Of a stretch of DNA of 52,474 nt, positions 46,244 through 52,474 are shown one piece after another (positions within the stretch are counted from its first letter, which is position 1; every line of letters starts with the position of its first letter). The stretch is taken from assembly GCA_045601745.1 (NCBI GenBank), contig JAZSAH010000019.1, positions 1 through 52,474 of the forward strand, in the 5' to 3' direction. The notes beneath the pieces were generated by a model. That model did not search any database and had not been told where the DNA came from. It saw only the letters and a program-made list of their open reading frames with translations. The translations under genes and the position numbers were made by a program. The stretch is from Acutalibacteraceae bacterium. Its GTDB lineage: Bacteria > Bacillota > Clostridia > Oscillospirales > Acutalibacteraceae.

Positions 46244-47857
46244 TTATTTTAATTTATCCTTATATTTTATACGATTGGAAATGAATCCGAAAATTATCAG
46301 CAAAAGCCACAAGGGCAGAAATGCGACAATGATAAATGCTGTAATAATCAGAATAGGAAAGCCTTTACGGCTTTTTCTTACCGTCGATGGAACAGGACTG
46401 AAAGAAATCTTTTTAAAACTCCTGTTATTCTCCAGAATAAACGGATATATTTCGAGTTCCGAATCATAAGCATCGATTTCGCCGTTATAAAGCAGCGGTT
46501 CAACAAGCTCTGATGCACTTGAAGCAACTTTTGTTATTTTCTTCAAATCAACATGAAGAACAACAAGAATGCTGTCGATAATATTCAGAAAACCGATAAC
46601 TATTTTATAAAGCGGAGTATCGGGAGGATAGTTGCTTTCTCCTCCGAAAAGACTGCGGACAAGATTGCAGATTACATCAACAACTTTAAAATCCTTTATA
46701 TCTTCATAATCCGATTTTTTTAAGCCGGTTTCTTTTTTTGTCCATTTCGCAACTGTTCCGACTTTAAGTGAATTCAAAAATTTAAAAACAGGTTTTAATA
46801 TCCAGCCGAACTTATAAACAGCTTTCGGCTTGATACTGATAGCTGTAACCATATCGGCAAGTCTGTCAATATCTTCACCGGCAGTTTTTATCATTCCTCT
46901 GATAACACCTATGAGCTGATCTTCAAGAACCTCCTTGAGTTCTTTGCCCTGTTTCCTGAATATTTCGGGTGTATCAACATAAACCGTTTTAACGGAAACG
47001 ATTTTTCTGCCAGGCTCAAAGGTTACTTTTCTCATGGCTCCGGGATAACCGATTGTTGAAGATGTGCAGATATCATAAATAACATTGCCTTTTCCACTCT
47101 GATAAACAGATGTATCCGGAATATGGGTATGACCCGTAAAAATGAATTGAACACCGATATCTGCAAGCTGTTCGATACGCTGTTTATAATCGCCGAGCAT
47201 ATCCCCTTTTCCGATTATTTCATATATCGGTGAGGGAGCAATCAAAGGATGATGAGTCATTGCAATGATAAACTGATTATCTTCTCTCGCTTCTCTTGCT
47301 CTTTCGGATATCCACTCAAAGCATTCATCTGAGAATCCGCTTTTTCCGTTTTGATTTGTATCATCATTCAGCGCAAAAAGTCTGTAGCCTTCACAAAGCT
47401 GAACAATATATGACATACTTTCACGGTGAACGGCGATCGCTTCATCAGGACCGAATTCACGGTACATATCAAAAAGCATATCGCGGGTGGCTGTTTTTGT
47501 CTGAAGCTTTTCATCACCGCTATACATATCGGTAAATCCGTTTTTGCGAAAATCGTGAGTGGCGGTAATGACATAAACCCTTTTACCTTTGTTTTTCAGA
47601 TTACGGAGCATTTCGATAAACTCGGCATGAGCATTAAGTTCACCGTTATTCGTCACATCACCGCTGATAATAACTATATCGCTTTCTTTATCCGAAGCAA
47701 TTTGTTCAAACGCAGTTTCAAGAACCTCTGCGCTGTTCGCAAGAAGCTTCTGACTTTTTGAATTTGCAATATCATATGCCCTTCCGCTTGTTCCGTTTTC
47801 TTTGCAATAATAGTGGGTATCGGTAAGAACTGTAAGAGTAAGTGGAGAACGGTTCAT
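46244..47857 (-). CDS. Calcineurin-like metallophosphoesterase with a C-terminal membrane anchor
   Basis: DTH, SGDVTN, ATHD, THHP, GHTH; hydrophobic C-terminal segment flanked by basic residues. Confidence 0.85.
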   Translation of the reverse strand: MNRSPLTLTVLTDTHYYCKENGTSGRAYDIANSKSQKLLANSAEVLETAFEQIASDKESDIVIISGDVTNNGELNAHAEFIEMLRNLKNKGKRVYVITATHDFRKNGFTDMYSGDEKLQTKTATRDMLFDMYREFGPDEAIAVHRESMSYIVQLCEGYRLFALNDDTNQNGKSGFSDECFEWISERAREAREDNQFIIAMTHHPLIAPSPIYEIIGKGDMLGDYKQRIEQLADIGVQFIFTGHTHIPDTSVYQSGKGNVIYDICTSSTIGYPGAMRKVTFEPGRKIVSVKTVYVDTPEIFRKQGKELKEVLEDQLIGVIRGMIKTAGEDIDRLADMVTAISIKPKAVYKFGWILKPVFKFLNSLKVGTVAKWTKKETGLKKSDYEDIKDFKVVDVICNLVRSLFGGESNYPPDTPLYKIVIGFLNIIDSILVVLHVDLKKITKVASSASELVEPLLYNGEIDAYDSELEIYPFILENNRSFKKISFSPVPSTVRKSRKGFPILIITAFIIVAFLPLWLLLIIFGFISNRIKYKDKLK

Positions 47858-48637
47858 TTATTTATCATTCCTTCTGGCGATATCTACAAGATTCTTATAG
47901 CTTATTGCCATTGAGTCTCTCGGGTCAATTTCACAAATATCCTGTTCGATAACAATGTATTGAACACCGGTATTAATGCAGGTATTATAGATTTTATCAA
48001 GATTGAGATTTCCTGTTCCGATTTCAACAAACTTCGGCGTGTGACCCGTAATACCGTAATCCTTGAAATGACAGACTTTCATTCTTCCTGCAATCTTTTC
48101 AATATATTCACATGGATTAACACCGCCGAACTGGAACCAGTAAGTATCGCCGATAAATCCGAATTCTTCAGGCTTTGTGTCCTCAATAAGCATATCAAAA
48201 ATTCTTCTGCCGTTATCAAGCTTAGCAAATTCAAATGCATGATTATGATAGGCAAACTGAAGACCCTCAGCGTGCATTCTCTTTCCGATTTCGGAAGTTA
48301 CTTTTATAAATTCTTTGATGCTTTCACTGTCTTTTTTGTAAGCATCAGGCATACCGCCGATACCGAGAGTATCGCATCCAAGCATCTTATGCTCTTTCAT
48401 AACGGTATCGAGATCGGTAAGCATTCTGTCAAATGAAGTATGCGTAACACAAACATCCATATTATATTTTTCGCAAAGATAAGCAACCTTATCGGCGGGA
48501 ATGGGTCCGATACCCGAAATCTGAATAACATTGATACCGATATCATTAAGATACTTAAATGTTGCTTCACAGTCTTCATAGTTCTGAATATAATCGCGAA
48601 GAGTATAAAGCTGAGCACCGAGTTTTATTTTACCCAT
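47858..48637 (-). CDS. Sugar phosphate isomerase/epimerase (xylose isomerase-like TIM barrel)
   Basis: AGAGGTG SD, ATG 48637; GAQLYTLR, YHNHAFEF, DTYW, HFKD, EIGTGNL, EQD. Confidence 0.88.
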   Translation of the reverse strand: MGKIKLGAQLYTLRDYIQNYEDCEATFKYLNDIGINVIQISGIGPIPADKVAYLCEKYNMDVCVTHTSFDRMLTDLDTVMKEHKMLGCDTLGIGGMPDAYKKDSESIKEFIKVTSEIGKRMHAEGLQFAYHNHAFEFAKLDNGRRIFDMLIEDTKPEEFGFIGDTYWFQFGGVNPCEYIEKIAGRMKVCHFKDYGITGHTPKFVEIGTGNLNLDKIYNTCINTGVQYIVIEQDICEIDPRDSMAISYKNLVDIARRNDK

Positions 48638-48667
48638 TTTGCACACCTCTTTATAAATATTTAATAT

Positions 48668-48696
48668 ATTATATATCTTTTTTAAAAGATATGCAA
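48668..48696 (-). promoter_or_regulatory. SigA promoter of the minus-strand operon
   Basis: Minus strand TTGCAT-17-TATAAT. Confidence 0.6.
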
Positions 48697-48736
48697 GATT
48701 ATTCTTTGAATTTCTTGTTCGGATATGCTCCTGCAA

Positions 48737-48765
48737 GTCATTTTTTTACAGTTTATACATAAAAT
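48737..48765 (+). promoter_or_regulatory. SigE-type promoter of sigK
   Basis: gTCATTTT-13-CATAAAAT, same spacing as the spoIIM promoter. Confidence 0.5.
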
Positions 48766-48785
48766 ATTTCTTACGAGGTGATATA

Positions 48786-49472
48786 ATGCTGAATTTGTTG
48801 GCTGAAATACTCGGCAAAGGATTTTTATTTTTCGCGTTACACATTAAGAATACAGGTTCATTTCCTCCGGCACTTTCATCAGATGAAGAAAAAATATGTC
48901 TTCAAAAAATTAAAAACGGTGATAAAAACGCAAAAAACAAAATCATTGAACATAATCTTCGTCTTGTAGCTCATATCGTTAAAAAATACTCATCAAATCC
49001 GGATGAGCAGGACGATCTGATATCTATCGGTACAATCGGACTCATCAAAGGTATAAATTCATTTGATGAGTCTAAGGGAATAAAGCTTGCAACATATGCA
49101 TCAAAGTGCATTGAAAATGAAATATTGATGTATTTCAGAAGCAAGAAAAAGATATCTCAGGAAATCTCAATAAATGAACCTATTGATTCAGACAGTGAAG
49201 GAAATCCGTTAACTCTTATGGATATAATTTTCGTTCAGGAAGATACGGCAGAAATAACGGATGATAAGCTTCTCATCAACAAACTTTACGGATTTATAGA
49301 AGAAATTGAAGATGAAAGAGAAAAAACAATAATCATCATGAGATACGGTCTCTACGGCACTGAAATATTTACCCAGAAACAAATAGCAAGAAAACTGAAT
49401 ATATCCCGTTCATATGTCAGCAGAATAGAAAAGAAAGTTATAGAAAAACTGAGAAAAAAACTCCTGAATTAA
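48786..49472 (+). CDS. sigK: Sporulation sigma factor SigK (pro-sequence present, uninterrupted)
   Basis: Hydrophobic pro-peptide then SFPPALS; IEHNLRLVAHIVKKY, DDLISIGTIGLIK, IENEILM, ISRSYVSRIEK. Confidence 0.93.
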   Translation: MLNLLAEILGKGFLFFALHIKNTGSFPPALSSDEEKICLQKIKNGDKNAKNKIIEHNLRLVAHIVKKYSSNPDEQDDLISIGTIGLIKGINSFDESKGIKLATYASKCIENEILMYFRSKKKISQEISINEPIDSDSEGNPLTLMDIIFVQEDTAEITDDKLLINKLYGFIEEIEDEREKTIIIMRYGLYGTEIFTQKQIARKLNISRSYVSRIEKKVIEKLRKKLLN

Positions 49473-50221
49473 AGAATTCCGTTAAGAATTATCATAAGAC
49501 AAAAACCGGTTATAAGCGAATAAGTTGAGCTTTGTTTTCTGTTATCAGACTGTGTTCCGGGTATCATATCACCGCATATAACATATATCATTGTTCCTCC
49601 TGCAAAAGACAATGCAAAAGGAAGAATTTTATTTGATATCGTAACAGCGTAATAACCGAATAAAGTTCCTATAATTTCAATAACACCCGTTACAACGGCA
49701 ATAAGAAATGTTTTTGATTTACTTATTCCGACAGATAACATAGGAGAAATGACAACCATTCCCTCAGGTAAATTCTGCATAGCTATACTGCCGGCGATCA
49801 TGTAGGCTTCTGCGGTATCGCCTGTTCCGAAACCGACTCCTGCCGCTATACCTTCAGGAAGATTATGAATTGCAATTGCCGCAACAAAAAGAAGGATCTG
49901 ATGAAGCTTGTTATTCTCCGCAAAAAAAATATCGCTTTGATATTTTTCTTTTAATATTAATCTGACAATAAAATCCAAAACAGTTATACACAGCGACCCG
50001 CTGATTATTCCAGAAATACAAACCGGAATACTGAAATTACTGTTTATTTCAAGCGACGGAATAATAAGATTAAAAACAGATGTTGCAAGCATGACACCCG
50101 CCGCAAATGAAATAACAACATCCGCAAGCTTTTCTGTTGATTTTCTGAATATAAAACCGATTACCGCACCGAAAACGGTTGCTCCCCCGACGCCGGCAGC
50201 AGTTAGAATTATTGAATTCAT
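49469..50221 (-). CDS. ZIP family metal transporter (ZupT/GufA-like)
   Basis: FAAGVML, IHNLPEGIAAG, QNLPEG, FAGGTMIYV. Confidence 0.92.
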   Translation of the reverse strand: MNSIILTAAGVGGATVFGAVIGFIFRKSTEKLADVVISFAAGVMLATSVFNLIIPSLEINSNFSIPVCISGIISGSLCITVLDFIVRLILKEKYQSDIFFAENNKLHQILLFVAAIAIHNLPEGIAAGVGFGTGDTAEAYMIAGSIAMQNLPEGMVVISPMLSVGISKSKTFLIAVVTGVIEIIGTLFGYYAVTISNKILPFALSFAGGTMIYVICGDMIPGTQSDNRKQSSTYSLITGFCLMIILNGIL

Positions 50222-50290
50222 ATAATAATCACCTTTGAATAAAATTCAATAACAATATATGATTTTATATTTTTCATGTTACTTAAAGGA

Positions 50291-50319
50291 TTGCACCGAA
50301 TGAAAAGATATGATATAAT
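50291..50319 (+). promoter_or_regulatory. SigA promoter of the GH3 gene
   Basis: TTGCAC-17-TATAAT with TG extension. Confidence 0.65.
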
Positions 50320-50346
50320 CTTCAAAAAAAATAAGAGGTTATCTAA

Positions 50347-52474
50347 ATGTCTGAATACATTAAATTCAAAGATCCTTCTGTTTCACCCGAAGAAAGAGCA
50401 GAAGATCTTCTTTCCAGAATGACACTCCGCGAAAAAATAGCGCAGCTTGATATGAAATTCGGAAGTAATTACTGCACGGAAAAAGAAGAAAACGATAATT
50501 GTTCTGTTAAAGAAACTTCGGATTATAATTGGGAGCTTTTGAAAAAAGATTTTCCCGACGGTCTCGGCTATGTTCACGATAATTATTCAGTCCCGTCAGT
50601 TATGAACAAAATTCAGAAATTCTTCATTGAAAATTCAAGGTTCGGAATTCCTGTTATTTTTACAGGAGAAGCATTGCACGGAATATGCGGAACAAGAGGA
50701 ACCGTTCTCCCAATTCCAACTGCATGGGCGGCAACATTTGAACCCCGATATGCTTATGAGGCGGGAAGAATCATCGGAACAGAAGCGAGAGCTTTGGGAA
50801 TCCACGAAGTTCTTTCACCGAATCTTGATGTTGCGCGTGACCCGAGATGGGGAAGAACTGAAGAAACCTTTGGCGAAGATACCTGTCTCTCAACAAAAAT
50901 GGCAATACAGATTTGCAAGGGTCATCAGAACGGAGATATTTCAAAAAACGATACCGTTATTTCTGAACCGAAGCATTTTTGCGTTCACGGCATACCCGAA
51001 GCAGGCGTTAATTGCGGAACGGCAAGAGCAGGAGTCAGAGAAATCGAAAGCTGTTATCTTCCCGTATTTGAAGGTGCGATCAAAGAAGGCGGCGCATATG
51101 ATGTTATGGTAAGCTATAATTCTATCGACGGCGACCTCATGATGACATCAAAGCATTATCTCAGAGAAATTCTTAAAGAAAGATTCGGACTTAAAGGAAT
51201 ATGCCGTTCAGACTGGGGCGGACTTCGCAGAGTTCACTATCTTCATAAAATGGCCAAAAACGAAAAAGAAGGCATTTATCTTTCAAAGAAAAACGGTCTC
51301 GATTGTCAGGGCGGAGATGAATATCCCAACAACTTATGGGTTGATTCTCTCGAAGAATTGATAAATGAAGGCAGACTTGACGAAGAAAATATCAACGAAT
51401 CCTGCCGCCGTGTTCTGGCTCTAAAATTCAGACTCGGTCTTTTTGAAAATCCCTACACCGATGAAAACAGATATAAGGAAATAATCAATTGCAAGACTCA
51501 TCTTGATAAAGCACTTGAGATTTCACAAAAATCAGTTATTCTTCTTAAAAATAACGGTATTCTTCCTCTTGATATAAACAAATACAAAAAGATTGCCCTT
51601 ATCGGGCCTTCCTCCGATAAAATCAGACTCGGCGGATATTCGGCAAAAACATTCAGAAGAAAACTCAGAACAATATATGATGTTCTTAAAAGCGAACTTC
51701 CCGATATTGAAATCATGCAGTGTGACGGATGCGGAATAAGCGACGGCGAATTTGAATTTGCTCTTTCCGACCAACATCATCTTCAGGGCGTTATCGCTGA
51801 AAAACAGAATGAAAACATTGATGAAGCCTTCAGAATTGCAAACGAATGTGACCTAACCATTTTCTGCGGTGGTGACGACACAATTTCAAGCGGTGAAGGC
51901 AGAGACAGATGCGAACTCACTCTTTGCGGTAAACAGACCGAGCTCATCAAAAAGCTTTCAGAAACAGACAAACCGATTGTTTTTGCAATGCTCCACGGTA
52001 AACCTCTTGCAATTAAGGAAGAAAGCGATATTTGTGACGCAGTCATTTCCTGCTGGTTCGGTGGTGAATTCGGTTCACAAGCGGTGTGTGATGTATTGCT
52101 TGGAAAAGTTAATCCCGGCGGTAAACTCCCGTTCTCTCTCCCCCGAAGATCGACAATGATTCCCTGCTATTATTCAATGCTTCCGGGAGCAAGTAATGAA
52201 TACTATGAAGGTAAGGGCGATGCACTTTATCCGTTTGGTTTCGGTTTAAGCTATACGCAATTTGAATATTCGGACATGACAGTTAAAAAGACAGGCAAAA
52301 ACGATGTCAATGTAAAAATCAAAGTTAAAAACACCGGGTCATTAACCGGTGATGAGGTTGTCCAGATTTACGTTGAAGACTGTGAAAGCTCGGTTGTTAC
52401 GCCCATGCTCCTTCTCAAAGATTTCAAACGAATCACACTTGCGCCCAATGAAGAAAAAGAAATTGAATTTAATC
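50347..52474 (+). CDS. Glycoside hydrolase family 3 (beta-glucosidase/xylosidase); runs off the window end and is absent from the ORF track
   Basis: Manual translation: MSEYIKFKDPSVSPEERAEDLLSRMTLREKIAQL, EALHG, RDPRWGRTEETFGED, KHF, SDWG, VILLKN, YPFGFGLSYT, Fn3-like tail in the same frame. Confidence 0.93.
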   Translation, partial: MSEYIKFKDPSVSPEERAEDLLSRMTLREKIAQLDMKFGSNYCTEKEENDNCSVKETSDYNWELLKKDFPDGLGYVHDNYSVPSVMNKIQKFFIENSRFGIPVIFTGEALHGICGTRGTVLPIPTAWAATFEPRYAYEAGRIIGTEARALGIHEVLSPNLDVARDPRWGRTEETFGEDTCLSTKMAIQICKGHQNGDISKNDTVISEPKHFCVHGIPEAGVNCGTARAGVREIESCYLPVFEGAIKEGGAYDVMVSYNSIDGDLMMTSKHYLREILKERFGLKGICRSDWGGLRRVHYLHKMAKNEKEGIYLSKKNGLDCQGGDEYPNNLWVDSLEELINEGRLDEENINESCRRVLALKFRLGLFENPYTDENRYKEIINCKTHLDKALEISQKSVILLKNNGILPLDINKYKKIALIGPSSDKIRLGGYSAKTFRRKLRTIYDVLKSELPDIEIMQCDGCGISDGEFEFALSDQHHLQGVIAEKQNENIDEAFRIANECDLTIFCGGDDTISSGEGRDRCELTLCGKQTELIKKLSETDKPIVFAMLHGKPLAIKEESDICDAVISCWFGGEFGSQAVCDVLLGKVNPGGKLPFSLPRRSTMIPCYYSMLPGASNEYYEGKGDALYPFGFGLSYTQFEYSDMTVKKTGKNDVNVKIKVKNTGSLTGDEVVQIYVEDCESSVVTPMLLLKDFKRITLAPNEEKEIEFN

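Noticed and set aside
920-48762. Numerous 60-170 aa antisense or out-of-frame ORFs
   Set aside because: Nested in well-supported genes, with no SD or motifs noticed
50383-52159. Short ORFs listed in the track in this region
   Set aside because: All are shadows of the long GH3 frame starting at 50347
1-52474. CRISPR arrays, tRNA/rRNA genes, IS elements, defence systems
   Set aside because: No spaced direct repeats, cloverleafs, transposase or defence-family motifs seen; intergenic spaces are short

Overview
Low-GC chromosomal segment of a spore-forming Clostridia-like Firmicute; the Oscillospiraceae/Ruminococcaceae-type assignment is inferred from gene content. Left to right: a complete shikimate/Phe/Tyr operon (pheA-aroB-aroC-aroE/aroK fusion-aroQ-aroA-tyrA-DAHP synthase); three large secreted accessory enzymes (beta-helix protein, lipase-like, ceramidase-like); an EamA transporter and a CHAP protein; a housekeeping run (tmk to mltG and U32, a topo IV-like pair, secG, two coat F-like genes, hprK-ROK-murB-whiA-dnaE, pfkA-pcrA, spoIIM); then a minus-strand run (Xer recombinase, DUF6873-like, radA, cwlD, ruvX, class A PBP, DivIVA-like, phosphoesterase, sugar isomerase), followed by intact sigK, a ZIP transporter and a GH3 gene cut by the window end. 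No rRNA, tRNA, CRISPR, IS or prophage was seen. Three main unannotated signals: (1) a perfectly palindromic 11-6-11 dif-like site about 75 bp upstream of a lone Xer recombinase, within 1 kb of the point where coding strands converge, suggesting a single-recombinase Xer/dif module at the terminus; (2) a Phe/Tyr-rich leader peptide with terminator and antiterminator ahead of the aro operon, i.e. ribosome-mediated attenuation rather than a T-box; (3) a 62-nt hairpin that would bury the cwlD start codon only on read-through mRNA. All calls come from reading motifs by eye; no searches or folding programs were run.
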